Assembly (NCBI GenBank): GCA_944390515.1
Contig: CALXQG010000001.1
Span: 1 to 54,128, forward strand
Source of the DNA: an uncultured Clostridia bacterium
GTDB taxonomy: Bacteria; Bacillota; Clostridia; TANB77; CAG-508
Reading direction: 5' to 3'
Length of the DNA stretch: 54,128 nucleotides
The notes under the pieces were generated by a model. It saw only the letters and a list, made by a program, of their open reading frames with translations. It did not search any database and was not told the DNA's origin. Below, piece by piece: positions 20,273-30,200 of this stretch. Each line of letters opens with the position of its first letter. Position 1 is the first letter of the stretch. The position numbers were made by a program, and so were the translations under genes.

Positions 20273-20328
20273 AAAAAAAAGTCAATACAAAAAAATATTT
20301 ATTTAAAAAAACTTTATTTTGTATTGAC
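20273..20328 (-). terminator. 12-bp perfect inverted repeat with a T8 tail on the minus strand, overlapping the rpmH -35
   Basis: GTCAATACAAAA (20281-20292) pairs with TTTTGTATTGAC (20317-20328) across a 24-nt spacer. A8 on the plus strand at 20273-20280 gives T8 after the hairpin on the minus strand. Confidence 0.4.
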
Positions 20329-20352
20329 TTGAGGTAAATTTTAGGATATAAT
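20324..20352 (+). promoter_or_regulatory. sigma-A promoter of the rpmH-rnpA operon
   Basis: TTGACT (20324-20329), a 17-nt spacer, then TATAAT (20347-20352). Confidence 0.6.
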
Positions 20353-20417
20353 AATAAGGCTTATTATTTAAAATGTAAAAATCCGGAGACGGTTTAAATA
20401 TATACAGGAGGTGCAAA

Positions 20418-20552
20418 ATGAAAAGAACATATCAACCAAAAAAAAGACAAGAACAAAAAGAGCATGGTTTTATGAAAAGAATGAGTACAAAATCTGGAAG
20501 AAATGTATTAAAAGCTAGACGTGCAAAAGGAAGAAAAAAACTAAGTGCTTAG
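20418..20552 (+). CDS. rpmH: 50S ribosomal protein L34
   Basis: Translated by hand as [44 protein letters not shown]. At 44 aa it is below the ORF-track cutoff. SD GGAGGTG lies upstream. Confidence 0.95.
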   Translation: MKRTYQPKKRQEQKEHGFMKRMSTKSGRNVLKARRAKGRKKLSA

Positions 20553-20557
20553 TGATG

Positions 20558-20586
20558 AAAGGTCATTTATATGATGACCTTTTTTG
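20558..20586 (+). terminator. intrinsic terminator/attenuator after rpmH
   Basis: Stem AAAGGTCAT/ATGACCTTT followed by TTTTT. Confidence 0.8.
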
Positions 20587-20666
20587 AAAAGTCTTAATTA
20601 CTTAATTATAGTTATAATAATATTTAAACATAGAAGTATAAAAATAAACGAGGAATGTGATTAAAG

Positions 20667-21014
20667 TTGAGAAAAATAAAAACATTGAAAAAAAATTATG
20701 AATTTAAAAATGTTTTATCAAAAGGCAAATTTTATGTTGGTAAACAAATATTATTATATACAATAAAAAACAATAATAAAACAAACGTAATTGGCATAGC
20801 CGTAAGCACAAAACAATGCGGTGCAGTATTAAGAAATAGAATAAAAAGACTTATTAGAGAAAATTATAGACTTTTGAAGGATGATTTGAAACAAGGTTAC
20901 AACATAGTTTTTTTATGGAACAAAAAGATAGAACCTAAAGATGCGAATTATTTTAAAATAAAAGAAGACATGCATAAATTATTAAAAAAGGCTAATTTAT
21001 TGGAAAATGATTAA
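20667..21014 (+). CDS. rnpA: RNase P protein component
   Basis: 115 aa and basic. RNRIKRLIRE is present, and the gene sits in the conserved position after rpmH. The start is TTG. Confidence 0.9.
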   Translation: MRKIKTLKKNYEFKNVLSKGKFYVGKQILLYTIKNNNKTNVIGIAVSTKQCGAVLRNRIKRLIRENYRLLKDDLKQGYNIVFLWNKKIEPKDANYFKIKEDMHKLLKKANLLEND

Positions 21015-21016
21015 AT

Positions 21017-21235
21017 ATGAAAAAAATATTACTTTTTTTATTAAAAATATATAAAAAATATATTTCACCAATCTTTAAAAGCGTTGGCGTAGAATGCAAA
21101 TATTATCCTACATGTTCAGAATATATGAGACAGGCAATAGAAAAATATGGATCAATTAAAGGAACTTGGTTAGGAATAAAGAGAATTTGTAGGTGCAATC
21201 CATTTTCAAAAGGTGGATATGACCCATTAAAATAA
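21017..21235 (+). CDS. yidD: membrane protein insertion efficiency factor YidD
   Basis: The motif CKYYPTCSEYMRQAIEKYG is present. Confidence 0.85.
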   Translation: MKKILLFLLKIYKKYISPIFKSVGVECKYYPTCSEYMRQAIEKYGSIKGTWLGIKRICRCNPFSKGGYDPLK

Positions 21236-21247
21236 TATGGAGGAAAC

Positions 21248-22102
21248 ATGGGAGCAATTTCAAGTTTATTTGGATATTTATTAAATGCATTATATACTGT
21301 ATTTAATAATTATGGTATTGCTATTATTATATTTTCTATTATTTTAAGAATTATATTAATACCAATTACAATAAAACAGCAGAAAGCATTAAAAAAATCT
21401 GCAAAACTTCAAGAAGAAATGAAAGAAATACAAAGAAAGTATAAAAATAATCCTGAGAAGCTAAATCAGGAAACGATTGAATTATATAGAAGAGAAAAAA
21501 TGAGCCCTTTTGGGGGATGTTTTAGTTCAATTATTCAATTAGTTATAATTCTTTCAGTATTTTGGCTTGTAAGCCAACCATTAACATATATGAAAAAAAT
21601 AGATGTTAATGTTATAAATGATTATAAAACTCAATTACAACAAGAAGGAAATCAATCAACATATTCAGAAATAGAAATAATAAACAGATATGGAATGCAG
21701 GATGAAAGAGTTAAATTAAATATGGATTTCTTGGGATTAGATTTAAGCAAAGTTCCAAGCAGTAATTTGAATGATTGGACAGTTTATATAATACCTGTAT
21801 TATATGTTATTTCTTCAATAGCTTCTATAAAACTTACAAATAATTTTAAAACAAATAAAAAAGACGAAGTAAAAGTAATAACTGATGGTACAGAGTCAAA
21901 AGAAGAACCTGATCAGTTAGAAGCAATGGAAGCTATGAATAAAAATATGATGTATATGTTGCCAATAATGTCTGTTTTTATAGCATTTATAGCACCTTTA
22001 GGACTTGCTTTATATTGGTTTATAAGTAATGTACTAATGGTGATAGAAAGATTGATAATAGATAGAGTGATGAAGCATAAGGAGGAAAAAGAAAATGCCT
22101 AA
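21248..22102 (+). CDS. yidC: YidC/SpoIIIJ membrane insertase
   Basis: The 60-kDa-IMP core is present (GIAIIIFSIILRIILIPITIKQQKA, MMYMLPIMSVF). Confidence 0.9.
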   Translation: MGAISSLFGYLLNALYTVFNNYGIAIIIFSIILRIILIPITIKQQKALKKSAKLQEEMKEIQRKYKNNPEKLNQETIELYRREKMSPFGGCFSSIIQLVIILSVFWLVSQPLTYMKKIDVNVINDYKTQLQQEGNQSTYSEIEIINRYGMQDERVKLNMDFLGLDLSKVPSSNLNDWTVYIIPVLYVISSIASIKLTNNFKTNKKDEVKVITDGTESKEEPDQLEAMEAMNKNMMYMLPIMSVFIAFIAPLGLALYWFISNVLMVIERLIIDRVMKHKEEKENA

Positions 22103-22799
22103 GTCAATAATTTCAGAAGGAAAAACTACTGCTGAAGCAATTTCTAATGGACTTAAAGAACTAAATGTTTCAAAAGACATGGTAGATATAAAAATATTAG
22201 AAGAACATGAAAAAAGAAGTTTTTTTAGTATATTAGCACCTAGAGTTGTAAAAGTGGAATTGACATTAAAAGAAGATAAAAAGGAAAATAAACCTATTAT
22301 AAAAAGTACAACAAAAAATATAGATTTTAATGTTGACGAAAAAGAATTAGAGAAAATTAGATTAAAATTAGATAATTTCTTAAGTGAATTTATAAATAAT
22401 ATGGATGGGTTAAATTACGAAACATCTATAGATTTAGATAAAAACTTTGTAGTTGTTAATATTAATGGAGAAAATTCAAAGATTCTAATAGGATATAGGG
22501 GAGAGGTTCTTAATTCTTTCCAAGTTATATTAAATTCTATAGCAAATAAGAATTCTAAATATAAAGTAAAAGTAATTTTAAATGTAAGTAATTATAAACA
22601 AAAAAGGGAAAAATCTCTTGAAGAACTTGCAGATAAAATTTCAAAAACTGTTTTAAGAACAGGAAAATCAATTACTTTAGAGCCTATGATGGCATATGAA
22701 AGAAAAATAATACATAATAGATTACAAGGAAATAGTAAAATTACTACATATAGTGTAGGTGATGAACCTCATAGAAAAGTAGTAGTATCTAAAAAATAA
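22095..22799 (+). CDS. jag: Jag/KhpB RNA-binding protein (Jag_N, KH, R3H)
   Basis: The C-terminal R3H-like region is LEPMMAYERKIIHNRL. The gene overlaps yidC by 8 nt. Confidence 0.85.
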   Translation: MPKSIISEGKTTAEAISNGLKELNVSKDMVDIKILEEHEKRSFFSILAPRVVKVELTLKEDKKENKPIIKSTTKNIDFNVDEKELEKIRLKLDNFLSEFINNMDGLNYETSIDLDKNFVVVNINGENSKILIGYRGEVLNSFQVILNSIANKNSKYKVKVILNVSNYKQKREKSLEELADKISKTVLRTGKSITLEPMMAYERKIIHNRLQGNSKITTYSVGDEPHRKVVVSKK

Positions 22800-22817
22800 T
22801 TTAATATAAAAAATCGG

Positions 22818-22880
22818 AAGTCAAAGTGAAGATTTTAGGGAATTTATTATAATTAACTATTGTTTTACTTTGACTTTTTT
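22818..22880 (+). terminator. possible terminator after jag (10-bp stem, large loop)
   Basis: AAGTCAAAGT (22818-22827) pairs with ACTTTGACTT (22867-22876), followed by TTTT. Confidence 0.4.
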
Positions 22881-22909
22881 GTGTTAATTAATAAGAAAGG
22901 AGAATTGTG

Positions 22910-24289
22910 ATGAGTACAATAGCAGCAATAGCTACTGCTACGGGAGCAGGAGGAATAGGAATTATAAGAATGAGTGGAGATAATTGTTTTAATATATTGA
23001 AAAAAATTTTTGTTCCTATAAATAAAGATACTGATATTGAAAAAGTACCAGGATATACTATGAAATATGGGTATATAATTGATTCAAAGACCAATAAAAA
23101 AATTGATGAGGTAATAGTTTCTTTTTTTAGAAGTCCTAAAAGTTATACAACAGAGAATATGTGCGAAATAAATTCTCATGGAGGAACTGTAATAGAAAGA
23201 AAAATATTAGAACAATGTTTATTAAATGGAGCTGATTTGGCAGAACCAGGAGAATTTACAAAAAGAGCTTTTTTGAATGGTAGAATTGATTTGTCGCAGG
23301 CAGAATCTGTTATTGATATTATTAATTCTAAATCAGATAAAGAAGCATCTGCATCTTTTGAACAATTACAAGGTAGATTATCAACGGAAATTAATGATAT
23401 ATGTAATGATTTATTAGATTTAATGGCAGATATAGAAGCATCAATTGATTATCCAGAATATGACATTGAGGAAACTACAAATCAAAAAGCATTTGAAATT
23501 TCTAACAAAATAAAAAATAAATTATTAAATTTGGAAAATAGCTTTGAAAATGGTAAATTACTTAAAGAAGGAGTAAAAACAGTTATAATAGGAAAACCAA
23601 ATGCCGGAAAATCTTCTTTACTTAATACTTTATTAGATGAAGATAGGGCAATAGTTAGTGACATAGAGGGAACAACAAGAGATACAATAGAGGAATTTAT
23701 TAATATTGATGGAATACCATTAAAAATTATTGACACTGCAGGTATAAGAAATACGGAAAACAGTGTAGAGAAAATAGGAGTTCAAAAAGCAATTAATTTA
23801 ATAAAAGATTCAGATTTAATAATTGCGGTTTTCGATATATCTAAGAAACTTGATAAAGAAGATATGGAAATACTTAATTTGATAAAAAACAGAAAAAGTA
23901 TAGTATTGCTAAATAAATGCGATTTAAGCCAAGAAAACGAAGAGACAACAAATTATATGTCTTCAATAAATAAAACCGTTATAAAGGCATCTATGAAGAC
24001 AAAAAATGGAATAGATGTTTTATATAAAACGATATCTAATATGTTTAAAGACAATGAAGTTGACATAAATAATGGAATTATAATAACAAATATAAGACAC
24101 AAAAATCAAATACACAAAGCTATACAAAATATAGAAGATTTACAAAAATGCATTAAAGAAAATATGTCAGTAGATATATTAGCTGTATATATTAAGGAAA
24201 CATTAGAAAATTTAGGTGAAATTACAGGAAATAATGTGTCTGAAGATATAATTAATAAAATATTTTCAAAGTTTTGTTTAGGTAAGTAA
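22910..24289 (+). CDS. mnmE: tRNA modification GTPase MnmE
   Basis: G1 is GKPNAGKSSLLN, DTAGIR is present, and the C-terminus is FCLGK. Confidence 0.95.
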   Translation: MSTIAAIATATGAGGIGIIRMSGDNCFNILKKIFVPINKDTDIEKVPGYTMKYGYIIDSKTNKKIDEVIVSFFRSPKSYTTENMCEINSHGGTVIERKILEQCLLNGADLAEPGEFTKRAFLNGRIDLSQAESVIDIINSKSDKEASASFEQLQGRLSTEINDICNDLLDLMADIEASIDYPEYDIEETTNQKAFEISNKIKNKLLNLENSFENGKLLKEGVKTVIIGKPNAGKSSLLNTLLDEDRAIVSDIEGTTRDTIEEFINIDGIPLKIIDTAGIRNTENSVEKIGVQKAINLIKDSDLIIAVFDISKKLDKEDMEILNLIKNRKSIVLLNKCDLSQENEETTNYMSSINKTVIKASMKTKNGIDVLYKTISNMFKDNEVDINNGIIITNIRHKNQIHKAIQNIEDLQKCIKENMSVDILAVYIKETLENLGEITGNNVSEDIINKIFSKFCLGK

Positions 24290-24373
24290 AAATATCAAAT
24301 TGACAAAAATGGAACTATATTACGAGTAAACTTAAAAATACAATACATTTACTTATCAGTTATACTAACACTT

Positions 24374-24399
24374 TGACAATTTGTCGACAAAATTCGACA
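24374..24399. promoter_or_regulatory. Spo0A-box-like cluster in the mnmE-mnmG spacer
   Basis: On the minus strand, TGTCGAATTTTGTCG (24399-24385) is identical to the first 15 nt of the operators at 13789 and 41272. It contains the palindrome TTGTCGACAA. Confidence 0.35.
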
Positions 24400-24591
24400 A
24401 AATCGATGATTGCCAATAAGACAAGGGAAAGATATGCCTAAAATATTAGGAAAATATGAAAAATTAAATTAAAAGCATGTTTGGTTTTTTATATAACAAG
24501 TTTCATATTTTTAATAAATGAAAAAATGAACACATATGTTAATAAAATGTGGAAAACTAAAACAAAAAATAAATTAATATGGAGGAAAGAA

Positions 24592-26469
24592 ATGGAATAT
24601 AACGCAGGAAAATATGACGTTGCAGTAATAGGAGCAGGACATGCTGGATGTGAAGCAGGTCTAGCAGCAGCTAGGATGGGATTAAAGACATTAGTTTTTT
24701 CAATAAGCTTAGAGGCAGTTGCTAATATGCCATGTAATCCACATATAGGAGGTAGTTCGAAGGGACATCTAGTAAGAGAATTAGATTGTCTTGGTGGAGA
24801 AATGGGCAAAAATATAGACAAAACTTATACTCAGTTAAGAATGCTAAATACTTCTAAAGGACCAGCTGTTCATTCATTAAGAGCACAGGCAGATAGAAAG
24901 AAATATCAGGAAGAGATGAAGCATACATTGGAAAAACAGGAAAACTTATATCTAAAGCAAGCAGAGATAATAGATATTGGAGTTGAAAAAGGAAAAGTTA
25001 AATTTGTAAAAACAAATATAGGAGCAGTATATTATGTAGATAATGTTATTTTAGCTACAGGAACATATTTGAAAGGAAAAATATTTATTGGAGAAACATC
25101 ATTTGAAAGTGGACCAGATGGTGTGTTTCCAGCAAATAAGCTTTCAGAGATGCTCAAAAAAATAGGCATAAATCTAATAAGATTTAAAACAGGGACTCCA
25201 GCGAGAATTAATAAAAAAAGTATAGATTTTTCTAAGATGGAGATTCAAGAAGGAGATAAAGAGCCAGAGGCGTTTTCTTTTGAGGATAATATAGATTCAA
25301 ATGTTGAACAAATGCCTTGTTATTTAACATATACAAATCAAAGAACACATGATATAATTAGAGCAAATTTACATAGGTCTCCTTTATATGCCGGTATGAT
25401 TGAAGGTACAGGACCTAGATATTGTCCTTCTATTGAAGATAAGGTTGTAAGATTTGCAGATAAGGAGAGACATCAACTATTCGTAGAGCCAGTCGGCAGA
25501 AACACTGATGAAATGTATATTCAAGGAATGAGTTCATCACTTCCAGAAGACGTTCAAATTGCAATGTATAGGACTATTCCAGGCCTTGAAAATGCTGAAT
25601 TTACTAGACCTGCATATGCTATAGAATATGATTGTATAGATCCTTCAGAATTAAAACTTTCTTTAGAACATAAAGAAATAGATGGAATGTTTTTTGCTGG
25701 CCAAATAAATGGAACTTCTGGATATGAAGAAGCTGCAGTACAGGGATTAATGGCTGGAATAAATGTTGCAAGGAAGGTTCAAGGTAAAAAACCTATTATT
25801 TTAGATAGGTCACAAGCATATATAGGTGTATTAATTGATGATATTGTTACAAAAGGAACTAATGAACCTTATAGAATGATGACCTCAAGAGCTGAATACA
25901 GGCTACTTTTACGACAAGATAATGCAGATTTAAGACTAACAGAAATAGGGCATGAAGTTGGGCTTATACCAGATGAAAGATATAATAAATTTTTAGAGAA
26001 AAAGAAAAAAATAGAGGAAGAAATAAATAGAATTAGCAAGGTTATTATTAAGCCAAATAAGGAAGTTAATGAATTTCTATTGAAAAATAATACTTCTGCA
26101 ATTTCTAATGGAGTAAAATTAGGTGATTTAATGAAACGAAGCGAACTTTCATATGAGAAATTAAAGGAAATCGATATAGAAAGACCAGATTTACCAAAAG
26201 AAGTTACTAAAGAAGTAGAGATACAGGTAAAATACGAAGGATATATCAAGTTGCAGGAGGAACAGGTAGAAAAATTTAAAAAATTAGAGACTAAATTATT
26301 GCCAGAAAATATAGATTATTCTAATTTGAAAGGATTAAGGTTAGAAGCAAGGCAGAAACTTAATAAAATTAAACCTAATTCAGTAGGTCAAGCAAGCAGA
26401 ATATCAGGTGTTTCTCCTGCAGATATATCAGTTCTTTTAATATATTTAGAACAATCGAAGAATAATTAA
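24592..26469 (+). CDS. mnmG: tRNA uridine 5-carboxymethylaminomethyl modification enzyme MnmG
   Basis: The start is ATG 24592 ([22 protein letters not shown]), after GGAGGAAAG. The tracked ORF is 37 codons too long. Confidence 0.95.
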   Translation: MEYNAGKYDVAVIGAGHAGCEAGLAAARMGLKTLVFSISLEAVANMPCNPHIGGSSKGHLVRELDCLGGEMGKNIDKTYTQLRMLNTSKGPAVHSLRAQADRKKYQEEMKHTLEKQENLYLKQAEIIDIGVEKGKVKFVKTNIGAVYYVDNVILATGTYLKGKIFIGETSFESGPDGVFPANKLSEMLKKIGINLIRFKTGTPARINKKSIDFSKMEIQEGDKEPEAFSFEDNIDSNVEQMPCYLTYTNQRTHDIIRANLHRSPLYAGMIEGTGPRYCPSIEDKVVRFADKERHQLFVEPVGRNTDEMYIQGMSSSLPEDVQIAMYRTIPGLENAEFTRPAYAIEYDCIDPSELKLSLEHKEIDGMFFAGQINGTSGYEEAAVQGLMAGINVARKVQGKKPIILDRSQAYIGVLIDDIVTKGTNEPYRMMTSRAEYRLLLRQDNADLRLTEIGHEVGLIPDERYNKFLEKKKKIEEEINRISKVIIKPNKEVNEFLLKNNTSAISNGVKLGDLMKRSELSYEKLKEIDIERPDLPKEVTKEVEIQVKYEGYIKLQEEQVEKFKKLETKLLPENIDYSNLKGLRLEARQKLNKIKPNSVGQASRISGVSPADISVLLIYLEQSKNN

Positions 26470-26543
26470 TTTAAAGGAAAATAAGACTGAGAATTTAATC
26501 ATTTTTAATTGAATTTACGTCTTAGGAGAGGAATAAATTATTT

Positions 26544-27263
26544 ATGGAAAAAGAAATCTTTGTAGAAAAAATAATAGAAAATTCTAAAAAAATAAATATT
26601 GATATAAATGAAACGGAAGCAAATAAGTTTTATGAATATACACAGTTATTATTAGAGTGGAATAATAAAATAAATTTAACAGCAATAACAGAAGAAAATG
26701 ATATAATATTAAAACATTATATAGATAGCCTTACTACAAGTGAACTAATAAAAGATAGTAAAACTATATTGGATATAGGTACAGGGGCAGGTTTTCCAGG
26801 AATTCCACTAAAAATAGTAAATGAAGAAAAAGAATTTGTGCTTGTAGATTCTTTAAATAAAAGAATAAAGTTTTTAGAAGAAGTAAAAGAAAAATTAGAA
26901 TTAAAGAACTTGGAATTAATTCATTCAAGAGTAGAAGATTTAGCAAAAAACAAGAAATATAGAGAAAATATGGATGTGGTGATTTCTAGAGCTGTAGCTA
27001 ATACAAGGGTTTTAGTAGAGTACATGCTTCCATTTGTGCGTTTAAATGGGTTATGCATTTGTATGAAAGGGCCAAACGTAAAAAATGAAATAGAAGATGC
27101 AAAAAAAGCAATAGAAATCCTAGGAGGGAAAATTATAGAAGTAAAGAAAATAGAATTAGTAAATGAGAATATTGAAAGAAATATATTAATTATAAAGAAA
27201 GTAAAAAATACTCCTAATAAATTTCCTAGAAAAGCTGGAGTACCTACAAAATATCCACTTTAG
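26544..27263 (+). CDS. rsmG: 16S rRNA (guanine527-N7)-methyltransferase RsmG
   Basis: The SAM motif DIGTGAGFPGIPLKI is present. Confidence 0.9.
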   Translation: MEKEIFVEKIIENSKKINIDINETEANKFYEYTQLLLEWNNKINLTAITEENDIILKHYIDSLTTSELIKDSKTILDIGTGAGFPGIPLKIVNEEKEFVLVDSLNKRIKFLEEVKEKLELKNLELIHSRVEDLAKNKKYRENMDVVISRAVANTRVLVEYMLPFVRLNGLCICMKGPNVKNEIEDAKKAIEILGGKIIEVKKIELVNENIERNILIIKKVKNTPNKFPRKAGVPTKYPL

Positions 27264-27285
27264 ATTAACTTAAGCTAGTGTAAGT

Positions 27286-27323
27286 AGACATTAATTTTTT
27301 AGAAATTAATGTCTTATTTTTTT
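27286..27323 (+). terminator. intrinsic terminator after rsmG
   Basis: A 12-bp stem AGACATTAATTT/AAATTAATGTCT followed by TATTTTTTT. Confidence 0.7.
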
Positions 27324-27476
27324 ACAAAATTTATCTATAAGTAGCTGATAAATATATATTCTAAAAATCATATTTTGTTTAAAAAAACAGAAAACTTTTT
27401 CATATTTTATTGACATCTTATTAATAATTTTATATTATTAATATGTTAATTTTTTACTAGAGAAGGAATGATGAGA

Positions 27477-28268
27477 ATGGGAAAGATTATATCTATTGCC
27501 AACCAAAAGGGTGGAGTTGGAAAGACTACAACATCAGTTAATTTAAGCACAATTTTAGCTAAAAAAGGGAAAAAAGTACTTATGATAGATGCTGATCCAC
27601 AAGGCAATGCATCAAGTGGAGTAGGAGTAGATAGAGAAGATATTGAACTATCTATTTATGATATATTAATAAATGATACACCAGTAGAGAATGTTGTCAT
27701 AAAGACAAAAATAAAAAATCTAGATATTTGTCCATCTAATATAAACCTTGCAGGAGCTGAAGTTGAACTTGTTTCAGTAATGTCTAGAGAACATAGATTA
27801 AAAGAAAAATTGGATTTGATTAAGGATGAATATGACTTTATAATAATTGATTGTCCACCATCTTTAGGATTAATTACACTAAATGCTTTTACGGCATCAG
27901 ACAGTGTATTAATTCCAGTACAATGTGAGTATTATGCATTAGAAGGATTAGGACAATTGTTAAACACTATAAGCCTTGTAAAGAAACATTTAAACAAGAA
28001 TATAGAAGTAGAAGGTGCACTTTTAACAATGTATGACATAAGAACAAATTTATCAAACCAAGTGGTTAAGGAAGTAAAGAAATATTTTAATGATAAAGTA
28101 TATAAAAACGTAATACCAAGAAATGTTAAATTAAGTGAGGCCCCAAGTTATGGTATGCCAATAAGTATATATGACCCAAGGTCAAAAGGAGCAAAAAGTT
28201 ATGAGAAGTTTGTTAAAGAATTTATAAAGAATAATGAAACTGAGACAAAAGGAAAACATGCAATATAA
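27477..28268 (+). CDS. soj: ParA/Soj chromosome partitioning ATPase
   Basis: MGKIISIANQKGGVGKTT is the deviant Walker A. ATG 27477 is preferred over 27468. Confidence 0.9.
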   Translation: MGKIISIANQKGGVGKTTTSVNLSTILAKKGKKVLMIDADPQGNASSGVGVDREDIELSIYDILINDTPVENVVIKTKIKNLDICPSNINLAGAEVELVSVMSREHRLKEKLDLIKDEYDFIIIDCPPSLGLITLNAFTASDSVLIPVQCEYYALEGLGQLLNTISLVKKHLNKNIEVEGALLTMYDIRTNLSNQVVKEVKKYFNDKVYKNVIPRNVKLSEAPSYGMPISIYDPRSKGAKSYEKFVKEFIKNNETETKGKHAI

Positions 28269-28390
28269 GTTGACATAAATACCGCTGCGAGCAAGAATAT
28301 AAATGGGCATAAACAAATTAACTATTATTAAAAGGTATAAGACATAAGATTTGAAAGAAATATATTATAATTTTAGGAGGAAGAATAAAA

Positions 28391-29242
28391 ATGAAAAAAA
28401 CAGGATTAGGAAAAGGATTAGATGCTTTATTTTCAGACCAATTATTATCAAATGATATTGTAGATGATAGTGCTACAGAGAAAATTCATAAAATAAAGGT
28501 TATAGAAATTGAACCAAATAGAGATCAACCTAGAAAGGTTTTTGATGAAGAAGCTCTAGACGAATTGGCTACATCTATAAAAACATATGGTGTTCTTCAA
28601 CCAATTATTGTTAATAAAAAAGATGATTATTATGAAATTGTTGCAGGAGAAAGACGTTGGAGAGCGGCAAAAAAGGCAGGGCTTTCTGAAATGCCATGTA
28701 TAGTAAAAGATGAACTAACAACAAGAACTAATAAGGAAATTGCATTAATAGAGAATTTACAAAGAGTTGACTTAAATCCTGTAGATAAAGCCTTGGGCCT
28801 AAAAGAATTAATTGATGATTATGGAATGACCCAAAAAGAATTAGCTGATTCAATAGGACTAAGTAGGAGTAATATAGCAAATTCTGTAAGAATTTTAAAT
28901 TTAACACCTAAAGTTTTAGAGTTAGCTCAAGATGGAAAATTAACTGAAGGTCATTGTAGGAACTTAGTAATGATAGAAGACCCAGAAAAACAATATAAAG
29001 CTGCATTATCTATAATAGAAAAAGGAGAATCTGTTAGAGATATAGAAAGAAAAGTAAAAAACAAGAAAAATGCAATGGCAGCAGATCCAAGATTTGAAGC
29101 TATATATAAGGATATAGAAGATTCTTTTCAAGGTTTTTTTGGAACAAAAGTAAAATTAGATGCTAAAAAGAAATCAGGAAAGATAATTATACAATATTCT
29201 TCGTATGATGATTTAGAAAGAATATTAGGACTTATAAAATAA
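28391..29242 (+). CDS. spo0J: ParB/Spo0J
   Basis: The ParB box GERRWRAAK and an HTH region are present. Confidence 0.9.
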   Translation: MKKTGLGKGLDALFSDQLLSNDIVDDSATEKIHKIKVIEIEPNRDQPRKVFDEEALDELATSIKTYGVLQPIIVNKKDDYYEIVAGERRWRAAKKAGLSEMPCIVKDELTTRTNKEIALIENLQRVDLNPVDKALGLKELIDDYGMTQKELADSIGLSRSNIANSVRILNLTPKVLELAQDGKLTEGHCRNLVMIEDPEKQYKAALSIIEKGESVRDIERKVKNKKNAMAADPRFEAIYKDIEDSFQGFFGTKVKLDAKKKSGKIIIQYSSYDDLERILGLIK

Positions 29243-29296
29243 AAAATGATAATATATATTGAAATATTATAAAAAATTCGTAAAGGAGTGTATAAA

Positions 29297-29803
29297 ATGG
29301 ACAAGATAATGGATTTCTTAAATACAGAAATATTCCTTTTGATGTTATTAGGACTTATAATTATATTATTTATACTATATATATCAAGTATTGCTAAATT
29401 GAATAAATTAAGAAAGAATTATTCTACATTTATGAAAAAATTAGGAAATGGCAATAATATTGATGAAATACTGCAAGATTATATAAAAAGAGTAGGTATT
29501 GTAGAGGCAAAAAATGAAGAAATAATATCATATTGTAAAGGTATAGAAGATAATATAAAAATATGTAATCAAAAAATGGGATTAGTCAGATATAATGCAT
29601 TTAAGGATACAGGGAGTGATTTGAGTTTTGCATTAGCAATATTAGATGATTATAACAATGGAATTGTATTAAATGGAATATATGCTAGAGATTCTTCGAA
29701 TATTTACGCTAAGCCAGTGGAAAAAGGAGAATCAAAGTATATATTATCAAATGAAGAAAAAGAAGCAATAAATAAAGCTATTAATAATATTAGAACTAAT
29801 TAA
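29297..29803 (+). CDS. DUF4446-family protein
   Basis: N-terminal TM segment, in the conserved position after spo0J in Clostridia. The start is ATG 29297, after AAAGGAG. Confidence 0.7.
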   Translation: MDKIMDFLNTEIFLLMLLGLIIILFILYISSIAKLNKLRKNYSTFMKKLGNGNNIDEILQDYIKRVGIVEAKNEEIISYCKGIEDNIKICNQKMGLVRYNAFKDTGSDLSFALAILDDYNNGIVLNGIYARDSSNIYAKPVEKGESKYILSNEEKEAINKAINNIRTN

Positions 29804-29859
29804 TATTAATTAATTGTGAATAATAGGTGAACAAAGTTGAAATTTCCTATAAATTACTA

Positions 29860-29889
29860 TTGACAAATAAAGGACAAATGTGTTAATAT
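29860..29889 (+). promoter_or_regulatory. promoter of the tRNA-Ser pair
   Basis: TTGACA (29860-29865) followed by an extended -10, TGtTAATAT (29881-29889). Confidence 0.55.
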
Positions 29890-29922
29890 ATATACTGTTA
29901 CCGCAAATGGTAGCAGCAATAT

Positions 29923-30014
<92 letters not shown>

Positions 30015-30067
30015 AATTAATTAAATAGAAGTTAGAAGAAAAGCAAATCTAACTTCTATAATTATAT

Positions 30068-30158
30068 GGAGGCTTACCCAAGTGGTTGAAGGGGACAGTT
30101 TGCTAAACTGTTAGGGTTCGTAAGGGCCGCGAGGGTTCAAATCCCTCAGCTTCCGCCA
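30068..30158 (+). tRNA. tRNA-Ser (anticodon GCU)
   Basis: GGAGGCTTACCCAAGTGG...; anticodon loop TTGCTAA; long variable arm; T-arm AGGGTTCAAATCCCT; encoded CCA. Confidence 0.95.
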
Positions 30159-30164
30159 AAATGG

Positions 30165-30200
30165 TATAAAGAAATTGTTTCTTTATATCTTTTTTATTTT
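30165..30200 (+). terminator. intrinsic terminator after the tRNA-Ser pair
   Basis: Stem TATAAAGAAA/TTTCTTTATA with a 3-nt loop, then TCTTTTTTATTTT. Confidence 0.75.

Noticed and set aside
24481-24591. 37-codon N-terminal extension of mnmG, with similar upstream extensions of dnaA (20171-20224), spoIIR (45038-45094) and the 1447-aa ORF (36766-36783).
   Set aside because: In each case an internal ATG with a proper SD matches the conserved N-terminus of the family, and the extensions are hydrophobic or low-complexity read-through of intergenic DNA.
27264-29290. A consensus parS site (TGTTNCACGTGAAACA) in or near soj-spo0J.
   Set aside because: The only CACGTG in the window is inside tRNA-Ser(CGA). 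I found no convincing parS by eye. Degenerate sites would need a matrix scan, so absence is not claimed as a finding.
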